Below are positions 27,720-42,377 of a stretch of DNA of 64,000 bases, piece by piece; the stretch's first letter is position 1, and the number at the start of each line of letters is the position of its first letter. The stretch is from Octopus vulgaris (taxonomy: Eukaryota): the NCBI GenBank assembly GCA_951406725.2, contig OX597830.1:46872001-46936000 (forward strand), written 5' to 3'. The translations under genes and the position numbers were made by a program. The notes beneath the pieces were generated by a model. It was not told where the DNA came from, searched no databases, and saw only the letters and a list, made by a program, of their open reading frames with translations.

Positions 27720-27907
27720 GTATATATGTGTATATATACTTACATATATGTGTGTGTTTGTGTATGAGAGAGAGAGGGAGAGAGAGAAACACAATTTGCT
27801 TTATAATCTATGTATTGCATCTATCTATCTATCTATCTACATATCTATCTTTTTTTTTTTTTTCTATCTATCTATTTCTATCTGTGTCGCTGGCTAATAA
27901 AGAAACA

Positions 27908-28225
<318 letters not shown>

Positions 28226-28975
28226 ATATACTGTATGACTGACTGCACGCGTCATGAAGCAATTCGGTCTTATTCATCTGATCACACACTGCCGAAATAA
28301 GTGTGAGCTCTCTTGCACATTCATATGCACATGTCTATATGCATGCATGTATGTATGTACAGGAGGATCTTAAAGTTGAAATATATTGGCCAGTTTGTAA
28401 GGAAACAATATGTGCATGTACGTGAATGTCCGTCTGTCTGCTAGCCTGCATGTCTGCCTGCCTGTCTGTCCGTGTGTCTATCCACATACCTAAAAATACA
28501 TCTACATGAATAATGTGAGAATGATAAAACACAATATATTAAAACTCTCGGCAAACAGATAATCCCGGTCCGCTGGGGGACTGGATGTTCGTTTTTTCCT
28601 ATTGGTATATTCAAATAGATTTTCTAAATCTTTCGTCATCACCGAGTTACATATTTCAAATTAATTACATCGCCTTGCACAATCCTCCAAAGAATTCCAG
28701 CAACAGTGTAAAACATATTTCATGTTTTTTTTCCTTTTCTGTGTCGTCTCTTTGTGAAATTCTCTTTCCTTTGTTATTTGCAGAAAATTACGACTTTAGA
28801 AACTACCACACCAACAACACCATAAAATAAACAAAACAAAACAAAACAAAAAAAACAAGAATATATTTTGATATAAGCAGATATTTGAGAAAACCGAACG
28901 ATACTTATAAAATTATCAAATTATAGAAGAAATGAAAATAATCACAATAAAAATAATGATGGCGACAACGACGAC

Positions 28976-29026
<51 letters not shown>

Positions 29027-29504
29027 AATGATGATGATGATGAAAATGATGATGATGATGATAAGAAAAAGAACATAAAACAAGCGAAAATAACAAAAGG
29101 CAGCTAAATGATTTTCTTCTCGAAAGCAAAACAAAAATCTGTTTGCTAGATTCGATAAACAACTGAAATCACTAATGTTGTCTCATTAATCACAAATGCA
29201 ATTTAATTACCATTTAGAGATGTTTCCGGTTGCACAACACACACACACACACACAGATATACACACTCACACATGCACACAGGAAACAAGTATGGTCGTG
29301 TGTCTACGACATCCATGTATACGTACGCAAGCATATAGACCAGTTCGCACACACTCTATCTTCAGAATATTTCTAATTCGCATATACATACCTACCTATC
29401 GACCTACTTATCTACATACATGTATATCTACGTACATTGTTGCACACACACACGTACACACACATATACACACACATGACAGTCTCTCTGTCTTTCTCTT
29501 TGTC

Positions 29505-29563
<59 letters not shown>

Positions 29564-30109
29564 GCATGCACTCATGCACGCCCGTATACGCCGGTGCGTA
29601 TATATTTTTAATTCACAATATAACTTGAATCTTTTTAACACACGCAACTTCACCTTTCGACAAAAAGTGAATTGGTTTCTTCTCAGAAATTTCTGTCTCA
29701 GCGTCTGTAGAGGTGAAAGGTTTCGATCTGATTACTTTTGGGATTTATTAGATCTTCACCAATAAAAGGGCAATCTTCTGACCAGAGAGAGTTTCGTAAT
29801 CGCTATTTATAGTATATACAAACACGAATAGAAGTAAACAGATTTGCTTAGGAATCAAAGGAACTGCAGTTATTTTAGTTGTGTCTATTCCGTCTGCAGA
29901 GATTGGTTGTCCTTTCTGTTATATTAATCGATCACATAAGAATTTTCTTAGTTGATCGGCCAAATCTACTTTATCACTTGTGTTGAAGCAACATAAATTT
30001 TATGTAATTATCTTTCTACAAATTGTTTAGTCTCCTTCTGGAATGGTTGTTATTTGACTGTGGTGGCAAAAAATATCTGCCGTCGAATTCGTGAATGTAA
30101 TCTTGTCAT

Positions 30110-30330
30110 TTGTGTAGCTGTTGTTGGCGGCGTTGAACACCAGGTCTGCATTGATCGACCTATCATCAAAAGGATTCTCCAAAAGGATTCTAACCACGAC
30201 CATTTAATCCTTAATCTAGTATTCTATTCTCCAATGTCTTTCCATTTTTTTAAAGACTCTAAGGTGTGATTTCAAGGATATTTCGTTGCTGTTTCAATCA
30301 CATCATATAGGGTCTCCCTTTTGGCTCGGA
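30110..30330 (-). mobile_element. Family D repeat, diverged
   Basis: Similar to 47455-47670 and 61585-61790 (GTGATTT..GGATAT..GCTG(C/T)T..TT block). Confidence 0.5.
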
Positions 30331-30344
30331 TGTATGTAGTTGTA

Positions 30345-30785
30345 TTTTCCAGACTTCTACTTCTTCAAATATGGCCACTGTAGATGGGTTTTTGTTCTTT
30401 TCACAATGTTCAGTTGTCATCTTTTACCTCTTGTAGTACACATTCATTTGTCCGATGGTCCCTTGTAAGAGACTCGTAACATTCTCCTATAAAACCCACA
30501 TTTCAAACGCATTCATTATATTCTCTACGAATTTGTTCAGAGTCCATATTTTGCAACCGCAAATGCCTACTGGCCAAATGAGCGCTCGTACTTGCTTTGT
30601 TTTTAATTTACAAAGAACGGTTTTGCTGCTCCAGATGTTATTACGATTTTCCATGGGCGTTCTCGCTATGGTGAGCCGTGTCCTAATTTCTTTGTTACAT
30701 GTGACTTCATCAAAGATTTGAGCTCCAAAATACTTGTACCATTCAACCTGTTCGACCCTCTCACTGATCAGTTTGATGTCAACCT
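30345..30785 (-). mobile_element. RTE-clade LINE RT/C-terminal fragment
   Basis: ERVEQVEWYKYFGAQIFDEVTCNKEIRTRLTIAR, then VRALIWPVGICGCKIWTLNKFVENIMNAFEMW. Confidence 0.8.
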
Positions 30786-30919
30786 TTAATTAAAACCTTA
30801 CACTGTGCAATTAACGCGTAATCAATACTTTACACCAAACATTTTTAATGCAACCGTACTGCGAGATACTGGTTTGGTTTCAAACCTTATACATAAATAC
30901 ATATATTCACACACACACA

Positions 30920-30960
<41 letters not shown>

Positions 30961-31337
30961 CATACCCATATATGTTTGAATATGAATATACGCAAATACA
31001 GAAACACGTGTGAGTAGACATTAGTCTATCTCTGTGTTTCTATAGAAATTTCTGTATGAAAGTATGAAAGTTTGTGCATCGATATACACGTATACACATT
31101 CATGTGTTTGCATTGAAATGTGCATTCACAAGTTACATACATTTATGTTTTCGTATGGAAAGATAGACACACGTATGTGAATATTCACACACGCACACTT
31201 ATATATATACATTTACATATGTGTGTGTGTACATATATATTAATGTTTGTGCATGTGTGTATACATTTAGCAACACATATTTATATATTTACATATATAT
31301 ATATAAAATATACAAGCATTTCCTTGTACACATACGC

Positions 31338-31397
<60 letters not shown>

Positions 31398-32001
31398 ATT
31401 TTAAAACCTAATATGATGTTAGATAATTTACTATTTTATTTCTCTGGAGTAATCAAATATGATTTACGATGGTTCAATCGATTCTTATAAAACACCTTCC
31501 AGACGGTGGAACTGACTTATTACAGGAAATTAATCTTAAGAATACTTCTCATAAAACCTTGCGTAACAATTGCTGTCTCTTTCCATTTTCTTTATATTTT
31601 ACAAACAGAAGACCCTATAAACAAGTTAGGATATTAAGCTTGCTCGATTACAATGGCTTACGACTAAGAGTAAATATATATTTCCGATACAATATGAATG
31701 AGGGAAACAATGTTTACTCGTTATGAGAGAATCTTAGATGCTGGTATGGTTTAAAGGCAAGATTGAAATGAAATGAATGACGAGTTGTTTTTTTTTTGTT
31801 TTCGTTCAAAAGCACCACCATTTTATAGGAATCCAATGAGCTTCGAATTCGAATGAAAACTGACTCGATGATGTGAATCGATAAGCGAATAACACTGGCA
31901 ATGAAAATATATCTCATGTGAATAAAAAAAGAAGGGAATTCGCTACGATTGTTCAGTATTGAAATTTTGTGGCATGTTCATGTGATTGGTTCCAGTATCG
32001 C

Positions 32002-32080
32002 TGTGACAGGGTACGTCGATCTGATAGGGTACGTTGATGTGACAAGGCATGTTGATTTAAAAAGGTACGTTGATATGACA
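32002..32080. repeat. 18-bp minisatellite, about 4.5 copies
   Basis: Units such as TGTGACAGGGTACGTCGA, TCTGATAGGGTACGTTGA and TGTGACAAGGCATGTTGA. Confidence 0.75.
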
Positions 32081-34303
32081 TATATTTAGTCGGTCGGAAT
32101 CTAAGTGGCTGGAACCTTTGGTACTACTATTCGGCTACTATAGCCAAGTGTTAACCAAAGTAAATAAAATTTCAAAGCTGGATGTCTTGTCGATGATTGT
32201 CAAAGTGGCCTCTCTTATCTTTAGAGGTAGATTTAATCTATCGACCAGCCTCTTGGTTTTCTTCTCTGTTGCATGTATCTGGGCCATGTTTTCGGTTTAA
32301 AGATAGCTTTTTCTCTTCCCCTCACCATCCTAAGAGACTAAGTAAAGAACATTGAACGTTGCCATTCCATTATTGGCTAAGTCACTAAAAAACTACACGA
32401 TGGACATTTTTCTTTGAGTAACAATATAATTCTAAAAAAGATTTCTTTTATATTCTCCTCTTATCGTATTGTCATGTTCCTTGACATTTATTTCCAAGAC
32501 AGTTATCCCTCCTGCTTTATTCTTACAATTCTTATAACCCAAAACTTCCTCTTAGTACCCAATAAAGTACATTCTATACTTCAGCTTTATTTCTCTTATC
32601 TTTCTCTTAAAACCTTTCCTCATCTTATGTAAATGCTTTATATAGAGTTTCTTCTTTTTTCTCTTTTGTATCTTCAAATTCTCTAAAGGGCGTCTTGTGT
32701 ATAATCTGCTTCAGTTTATTTTTAACCACGATGCCTCTGATTTTATGTTAAATTTAGAAGGTTACTTTTCTGGAGGTTAACTATGCAAGAATTCTTACTT
32801 TTTAAAATCTTCGTCTACACAGGTTCTGTTGATTTAATTAACATTACATTTTCCTACTTTGATTTTTTTTTTTTGTTCAGTAATTTTTTCCTTTTCTTTC
32901 TTTTTAACTCAACTCATTTAGTTATAACGGAAGCACTAACTGTACGATGTCAATCGGATTTATGCGAAGGGGGTCTTGATGTGTCCCAGATAATTTGATA
33001 AAGTGACGGTCTTTATTCTCCTGCGATATCTCCATGTAACCAAGATTCAAATTCTGAACATTTATCGTTGTTCTTTAAACAGAACTACGATAAATGTTCT
33101 TCTATTTCAAGTATTTTATTTAATCTTTATTGCCAGGAATTGGTAGTTTTCCTCATAGACGTTTTTTCTTGTTGTTGTTGTTGTTGTTCTTTGACTTTTT
33201 TTTTCATTTTATGTCCTTATAAAAGTATTACTATCAGTGCTCTTGGCTTTTTACTTCTGCTCAAGCTTGATGTTACCTTTGTTCTTTCACAGGTTCAATA
33301 TGTAGAGCAGATTATTTTTTCTTATATTTTTTTGTATGTGTGATATTTAGTGCACATATTATATTTTTTCCTTATGTTTTCTTATGTTTAAATTAAACTA
33401 GTTGCCTTTCAAACTCTCCCTTCGACCTTCAACCTGCTTCATTTGCCAAATGTTTCTCCATTCTTTTCTCTCTCTCTCTCTTACCTCCGTTCAACACTTT
33501 TAAAGCATGGCTGATCTTTTTAGTTATGCTTTGACAAATATGCTTATAACAGCTAACGGCAACATTTCTGCATCAGCTCATTATCCGCGCTCTTCTCCGC
33601 TGGTCTTCGTTTCTTCCTAGCATGTCTTCGTTCCACTTGTCCTTTCTTCGCTAATATCTAATTAAAATGGCAAGGCAGCAAGTTTTAGTCCTGTTTAAGA
33701 TGCTGGATCTCTCTACAATACAGAAGCTTCAAACTAGATTTAATGAGGAAAGGTCAGTAGTTAAGAATTGATAAGCATCTCAAAACGGAATTCTCAAACG
33801 TTCGTCTTCTTTCTACTTGGGTACATCACAGCTGTTGAGATTTTACTGCGCCGACCAAATTTATCGAACGGCGACTGAGTGAAGAAATAACCATTACAAT
33901 CTCTAGATAGATTAAGAGAAGACATAGGTATAGGAAAAGTACTACATAAATTTTTAAGGAAGGCAGATTCAGATCAAGAAATATTGAGGATTTTCAAAAC
34001 CATGTCTGGCTTAGTAGCATTAGCAGACGGCTAAATGCAGGTAAAGTGTTCAGTTGTAACATTATGTTTAGTGAGAAGTGTCGGCGATACAGTAGGAAAA
34101 ACCTTGGTCTACTATTGATAATCACTGATTCGTGGTGGATTAGATCAATCAGGCAATGGTGTGATGAGAGGTCAAGCTCTCGTTATGATCCAATCTTCTC
34201 TGACTAAATAAATACCGTTTAAAAGAATCATTAATTTTGGATATTTGGCTTTTATGCATTTGTGTGTGTGCACGCATGCGTGTGCATGTGTGCATCTGTA
34301 TAT

Positions 34304-34342
<39 letters not shown>

Positions 34343-34696
34343 GGTGAGTGTGTATGTGTATTATTTCACTAAAGCGAAAGACAATCGTAAGCCAGCGATA
34401 CATTGGCAAAATCGCTAAATGCCTTACAATATTTAGTAACAATCCTTAACATTTAGAGCTCAAATCCCGGCATGATCAACTTAGCCCTTTCTTTGCGGAG
34501 TCGGTAAAATAAAGATCCGGTCAAAAGCCACGCTCTGATGTTGGTTTGCGTTTGACTTCTTCAAACAAAGTACTTCAACCGTTGAATCCTCAATGAATGT
34601 ACTTTTTGTTTTGCTGTTTGTGTCTTAAGAACTCTTCAGACTGCAATTTCTTACGGTCTCAGTACTTTTGCGAGTCGTTACAACCTGTGGCATTAT

Positions 34697-35045
34697 TAGG
34701 CGGTGAGCCAGAAGAAATGCTAGCACACCGGACAAAATGCTTAGCGGCATTTCTTAGCGGCATTTCGTTGACGTTGACATTCATCCTTTCGGGGTCAATT
34801 CCGCCAATAAGTACCAGTTGGGTACTGGGGTCAATGTAATCGACTTAACCCCTTCCCCAAATTTCATGCTTTTAGAAGAAAGGATTACATAAGGCGGCAA
34901 AACTGGTAGAAACATTAGCAAATCGGACAGAATGCTTCTTCCGGCTCCTTACATTCTGAGTTCAAAATTCACCCTGGCCAGTTTTGCGTTTTATCCTTTC
35001 AAAGTCAACAAAATTAGGGACTAGTTGAACCGATTCATCCCCTTT
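34697..35045 (+). mobile_element. Two adjacent diverged SINE family B copies
   Basis: Heads at ~34697 (TAGGCGGTGAGC) and ~34891 (AAGGCGGCAAAACTGG). Confidence 0.75.
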
Positions 35046-35404
35046 TCAATTAAAGATAGGGATCGCTGTAACCGGCTCATCCCTTTGTCCTGAAGTTGTT
35101 GACTTGAAGTCAAGATCTGAAACAGTTATTAATTTTGCAAACCACTTTGATAGAGCAATACGCCATACATTGTATAGTGTGACCAATGTTGTACGTTGGT
35201 AATTGTGTCCGACACATAATGAAGAATAGTAGTAGTAGTAGTAGTTGAAAAACAATTAAATCAGCATCAAATTAAACTCAATCATGTTATAAAGTAAAGA
35301 AGGCACATTAGATAATGTAGCCCTAGATGCATTATGCTTGAATGGAAAATGGAATGGTCTGCTGGAACAAAATAGACAGAGGCTAAACAAAAGCAACAGC
35401 AATA

Positions 35405-35626
35405 ATGGTTTTAAATTTTGGAACAAGGGCAGCAATTTCGGGTGGGGTGGGGGGTTGTGGCGTTGATTTCATCGACCCCAGCGTTTATCTAGTACTTATT
35501 TTATCGACCCCCCCGCCAAGAGTTGAAAGGCAAAATCGACGTCGGTACAAACTGAACGAAAAGGCAAACGAAATGCCGCCAAGCACTTTGCATCGGTGAG
35601 GTAACGATTCTGCCAGCTCGCTGCCT
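35405..35626 (-). mobile_element. SINE family B (tailY type)
   Basis: Head GAGGCAGCGAGCTGGCAGAATCG on the minus strand. Confidence 0.8.
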
Positions 35627-36558
35627 CAATAACAACAACAACAACAACAACAGCAACACCAACAACAACACCAACAACACCACCAACAACAACAGCAGCA
35701 GTAGCAGCAGTAAGTGTAGACTCGAAAAATTCAATTCTCAGAATTTATAGACCATACGGAAGCAACATTTTGGGTTCCTAAAATGACCACAGCTAATAAG
35801 TTTTGATATTTTTTCAGCATCGATAATTAAAATTAATTTAAAATAGAAAATGAAACATAAAAGTAAAGATGACGTCATCGAATCGCGATCTTGGCCTCAC
35901 AACAAACCAAAACTTCCTGCAAGAAAAGAAAAAAAAAAACAAAGTCTTCTCCCCTCACCCCATCATCCTACGAAAAATATTCACGGCGAATGAGTAAAAT
36001 ATGTCCAATACATTTACGGGTAAAAGTATTTAATATAAAAAAAAAAAAAGAAACACTTGATGTGGTTGTTGTGGTTGTTGTGTAGTTGCAAGCCGAACCA
36101 GGAAGAGCTGACCTATGATCCGATGCTTTTCCCCCATGGCTATCCGCAATTTGTCGGTGCCTGTAAAACACTATTGTTCAATGGGCCTTCCCCTTATTTC
36201 AGACGGTTGAGTAATAAGAGGAAGGATTTCGCTGCTATTGCAAGCAGGTCGAGAGACGGAGAAGAGACTCTTCTTCAGCTTCTTATTTTCCACAGGCACG
36301 TATATTTATTTATACATACCTTGCCATTATGCACACACACACACATACACACATACACACACATACACACACACACAAACACACACACACACACACATAC
36401 ACACTCATAATTTATATAAACAAACGACAGAATAAAGCAATCAACTCATTTAGTTGGAGTTATATTATTTTGATTTTCTTAGGTGCAGATACGTTCCTAC
36501 ACAACCAGAAGATATGTACATACGTGTGTGCATGTCGATGAATATATATATATATATA

Positions 36559-36955
36559 CTAGCAGTATCGCCCGGCGTTGCTCGGGTTTGTAAGGGAAAT
36601 AACTATATAAGCATTTTTAGAGAGTTATAGCCAAAAAATAGGAAAAAAATGCATTAAAATTGGAAAAAAAATTAAGGTAAATTTCTTTTTAAATCGATGA
36701 TACATCGTAGATATTTTTAGAGAGTTACTTCCCTTATATAATAGCGAAAAAAATGCATTAAAATGGAAAAATATGATGGTAAATTTTTTTAAATCGTAGA
36801 CTCATCGTAGACGCGCGCTAATACCCAGAAGGGCTCGATATGACTCACGACTATAAGATACCCGGTTTTGGTTACACTGCACCGCAAAATGTGGGAGTAG
36901 TTAGGAATCTAAATCGTAGGAGACAGACACACAACTTCACTCTTATATATAAAGA
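36559..36955 (-). mobile_element. Non-autonomous Helitron
   Basis: The minus strand begins A|TC (36955) and ends CTAG|T (36559). Subterminal hairpin CCCGAGCAACGCCGGG at 36571-36586, no TSD, and a ~100-bp internal tandem duplication. Confidence 0.85.
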
Positions 36956-37067
36956 TATAAGTCACGTAGTTATATACACATACTTTGTTATATACACATT
37001 CTTAAAAGAAAATGTTATTTTGAATACAACATTTATAAAGAATAAAATATTTTTTGGTTTTTCTTAA

Positions 37068-37900
37068 CCCTTTCGTTACTATATTTCTGACCAAAATACA
37101 CCCCTTATGTGTTTCAATTAATTTCTAACGTAATCATAAATTTAGTCTGGTTTCATTAAACAACAATAACTTTTTTATTTATAAATATATTAACGTGAAT
37201 TTTGGAAGATAATTTAATGAAATGTCCTCAACCAATTCTATACTATAATTTTTGTCACAAAGTGACTCTAATTGCAGGTAGATACAGGTAAATTCAACAA
37301 TATATAAAATTATTAAAATTTTGTTCAAACATCGCTATAGAAAATGGGTTATTAGCTAATATTCAATTGGGTATACAACAAAATTTTACGATAGAATTTG
37401 TTATTCTGGGTAACTTTCTGATACCCATAATAATATTTATGGCAAAATAGGCCTTAATTTCATTTAAGGTTGTGGGAAATAACAAACTATCCTTTCTTTC
37501 GTTTTGTTTACGTTTAGCGTAACGTTTCGTTTCTGCCGTAATGATTTCAAATGGGCTCATTCGAAAAAGTAAATAGAAATAGTCTAAGGCTTTACTCTTC
37601 TGGGAAAATCTGTGGCTTGGTGCAGTTTCTTCAGAAAAATCACCGAAAGAAACAGTTTTTAAATTTTCACTCCATTCAGGTACCAATTCGTTTTCTTTAT
37701 TGCTGTCGGATTCACTGTTTTCACTTTAATAGCTGCAAACTTGCAAAGACAAAGGAGGAGAAGGGTGATAGCGTCAGTGAAACAATTCGCTCCCTTTGTG
37801 TGTGTGTGCGTTTGCGTGTGGTGTAAACCACATTAAGAAAAACATTTGACATACACGCCAGAATGTGAGTTTTCTGTAAATTTTGCTTAATTGGAGTTTA
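37068..37900 (-). mobile_element. piggyBac transposon remnant (internally deleted transposase)
   Basis: TTAA|CCCTTTCG terminus at 37064-37075. ORF 37363-37686 (ALDYFYLLF..EIITAETKRYA..TTLNEIKAYFAINIIMGIRKLP) matches the piggyBac transposase N-terminal core pattern. The other TIR was not found. Confidence 0.8.
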
Positions 37901-38049
37901 AATTTTAAAAACTGGACCTGGCATGACCCGATGCATTCTACTCTTAAAAATGCTAGGTAAATTGTAATTGAAGAAATCCTATATTGTAGATTTCTATAAG
38001 TTACAAAGGGAGGCAGATAAAATCTGCCTTTTATAATAAGATTATAATA

Positions 38050-38108
<59 letters not shown>

Positions 38109-38343
38109 TATATACATATAAATATATGTGTGTGTGTGCGCGTTTGTGTCGGGTGTGTTTGTGTATCTCTGTGTACGTGGTGTGTATAAATACACACCCT
38201 CACTCAACTCATCCATCCATACGTCCATCCGTCTGTCCGTCTGTCTGCCTGCCTGTCTGTCTGTCTGTCTGTCTAAATCTCTCTCTCTCTCTATCGATTT
38301 ATTTATCTCTCTCTGGCATGCCCAATCCTCCATTTAGCAGGTG

Positions 38344-38688
38344 CATTTGCTAAATGGAAGGCTGGGCATACCGTGGTAGATGATGCGCAGACCTGCGCTG
38401 AGACTGCGACATCTCCGGTGCTTCATAGACGACGGTGAACAGGTGTGGTCGCCGTTTGTGCGGCGCGCTTTCCCACAGCTCGTCTCTTTGGCCGAACTAC
38501 AGTCGTGGATCAAACAGAGACCGAAGCTAGGCGAATGGCAGCCCAAGTGCCGTCTTGCTCTCAAACAACTCTGCCGCTTGGGACCAAACCTGTGCGACTT
38601 CATCACAACAAAGGCGTTGTATAAAGGATCAGTGGAGGGGAGATGCGACGACGTTCTCAGGCAGAATCTGGGCGTCGACGAGGAACAA

Positions 38689-38690
<2 letters not shown>
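38344..38690 (+). mobile_element. L1/Tx1-like retrotransposon post-RT fragment
   Basis: HLLNGRLGIPW*MMRRPALRLRHL (GGLG.P motif) ... TTKALYKG, bounded by microsatellites. Confidence 0.65.
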
Positions 38691-39240
<550 letters not shown>

Positions 39241-39290
39241 GGTAAGCATGTATTATACAAACACACGTATTTTCAAAATTCATATATTAT

Positions 39291-39524
39291 CATATTCTGT
39301 TGTGTCTGGGGAGAGTCATTCCCTTTTGGTGCATAATAATTTAACACACTCACCGGTCAAATTTCCCCTTATTTCTTATTTTATTCTTCTAATATTTTCG
39401 TTGCGTTTTGCAACTTTTTCAAAACTATTGAAAAAGTTGCAAGACACAACGGAAATTTAAGTTGAATGTGTTAAATTATAAGACATCAAAAGAGAATGAC
39501 TCTCCTCAGACACAACAGAATATG
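39291..39524. mobile_element. Foldback (palindromic) element
   Basis: 39291-39422 and 39428-39524 are reverse complements around a 5-nt loop. The right arm lacks about 35 nt. Confidence 0.75.
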
Positions 39525-40264
39525 CTTCAACACACGAACTCACATAAAGAATCTTGCAAACCAAATCCAAAAACGAAATCTATTAACATAGTCATTTCTT
39601 TAATTCCCTTTTATATGTCATCTTCTCCATTGTATATCATACAAGAGCGCCATGTTTGTCGTTCAATTTGTAATGTTTCCCTCGTCATTCATCCTAGTTA
39701 TTTAATAATGTTTTTATGCTCTGTTATTATCAGAAATCCTCCCCTTCTCAAATCGTCGTCGTCGTCATCATCATTGTCATTGTCGTTGTCATCATCACCA
39801 TGATGGTGATCATCCTCTCATCCTTACCGTCATCGCCCTCGTCGTAAATGCAACATGAACGCATGGCTTCAGTTTTTATATTTCATTTTGTCAGATACGA
39901 TTTCCGCTACGTTTCCATCTTCTGGTTTAATATCGTATTTTTTCTCTTATATTTTTTCTCCCATATTTTCTCTCTCATATTTCATTTCTGTTCTTTTATT
40001 GTTGCTTTTCGTTGCTCCGCAGTTTTCTTCTTTTCATCATAAGAACCTGTTTAACTTTTGCCCGCACAGCACAACACTAGGAACATTCCAGAGAAACGGT
40101 ATGAGATTTTTATCCCATTAACTGGTATCTTCTTTGAAATTGAACTCCGAACATTAACTTTCCATTTCGGGGTTATGTCAGTCACCGGAAATTAAAATCT
40201 CAGCCAAATGCTTTGAACTTTTATAGATCGATCAAATCACTTTTCTTAATGTCCAGTTATAAAT

Positions 40265-40870
40265 GTTCATGTGTGTTGTCAATGGTTGGCTGGTTGGGAG
40301 GGCGGAGGGGTTGGGTAGCAAGGATGGATGAGGGGTTGGCTGGGTAGCCTGATCAGTTTTGAATGTTCAATTATATATGCTGCATGTGTTGTCAATGGTT
40401 GGATGGTCGGATGGTTGATAGACTGTGTAGTGAGACTGGGTTTTTAAGGTCCAGTTAGATACGCATGTGTTGTAGCTGAAATGGATGATAGTTCAATGGA
40501 GAGATCAATAGCATCTTAAATTGGATACGAGACTAGAAGAGTGATTGGTTTTTCGTTGAATGTATGAATGGTTGGATGGATGGATGGTGGATTTGATGGG
40601 AGGCTTGATGGCTGCTGGTATAAATGGTTGGAAGGTTGCTTGTATGGATAGTTTGACGGATGCGTGAATGGATGGTTCGATGAACGGATGGTGACATGGA
40701 CGGTTGGATGTATCGATGGATGGTTCGAAGAATTGATGGGTTGACAGATAATTCGATGCCTGGCTCGATGGTTTGATAAATGTTATTTATTTTGATAAAT
40801 AAATGAATGGAATATCAAAGAAACGTATGGATATTTGCTTGATGGCTAGATAAATATGGACGAATGGATA
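40265..40870. repeat. Degenerate (TGGA/TGGT)n-derived region
   Basis: Recurrent GGATGG/GGTTGG motifs and a duplicated TGTGTTGTCAATGGTTGG block. Confidence 0.7.
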
Positions 40871-41348
40871 AGTATTATCTTTTTTATGAGTCAAGGTAAC
40901 CAGATCTTTGTTTGATAGCAGTGGTGGTTTAAAAGCAATTGGGCCATTGTAATTCCGGGTTCCATCGAGATTATCGTCGTAAGTATTATACCTGAGTAAT
41001 TACTGGTTGGACAGTAAACAAATTGACAGTTCGATGAATAAATAATTGGGTGGTTAAAATGATAAACTGCTATATCGATCGTTGACTGGACAGATGAACA
41101 GGTGGATTATCGGGCGATTAAAGCTAACTTCATATCAAATAACACAAAATATTGACTGACGTAGCAATTAATAAAATATATTCTCATTTGATAAACAATA
41201 ACTTTTATCAATATCGTGGTTGATGTTTAAGTTGAATAGTTTGTTAAATAGATACTTAAGACGCCGTTAAATGAATGGACAGATGAATAGCTGGAATAGA
41301 CGGATGGACAGACAGAGATGTATCATCATCACCACTACCACCACAACC

Positions 41349-41397
<49 letters not shown>

Positions 41398-41402
41398 CCA
41401 TC

Positions 41403-41457
<55 letters not shown>

Positions 41458-42000
41458 CCATCATCACCATCATCATCATCATCATCATCAACAACATCGT
41501 CAACAACATCGTCAACGATACAAACACCTTCACCACCACACTACCGCCTCCACTAGCCTTATAACAATCATCCCGAGAAAGCGCAGTCAATGACGGAAGA
41601 AGGACACTCAACCGTATATTTATTGCCGCCGATGGATTTCCGAAAACTGTCGCCATATTGAAAGAGAACAACCGGGTTGTAAATAATTAAATGGAAAGAT
41701 GCATAAATAAATGATAGTAAGGAAGGATGTTTAGGTGGACGAATGGAATGAATGAGCGAATGAAGGAAAAATGATCGAAAGAGTGAAGAAAGAAATGAAT
41801 GACTGACTGAAAGACAAACGTAATTTGTCACCCGTGAAAGAGCGGAACATAACTTTTCTTGAGACGAACGTGTTTCTCTTCTCCTGCGCCTCATGACTTA
41901 TGCAATCACCAGGTGGCGTTAATGATGCCATTAAAAGTTGTCGTCCATGCTAAAGAAGCCGTTCTTTATTCAATCAATCCAAACATGTTTTGATTAAATG

Positions 42001-42105
<105 letters not shown>

Positions 42106-42119
42106 GGCGAAGGTGAGAA

Positions 42120-42154
<35 letters not shown>

Positions 42155-42306
42155 TATGGGAAACCTTGTTTATTCAAACGGAATAAGCTGATATGCAAGT
42201 GTAAACATATGTGTGTGCGTGTATTTAGGTCTATGTTTATGCGTATGTGTGTGTGTTTGTGTTTTAATTCAAAGTGTGTTATTCTATGTGCGTGCGTGCA
42301 TGTATG

Positions 42307-42352
<46 letters not shown>

Positions 42353-42377
42353 TGTGTGTGTGTGTGTGTGTGTGTGA

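Noticed and set aside
29880-30050. Possible GIY-YIG endonuclease remnant
   Set aside because: Similarity is too weak and fragmentary to support.
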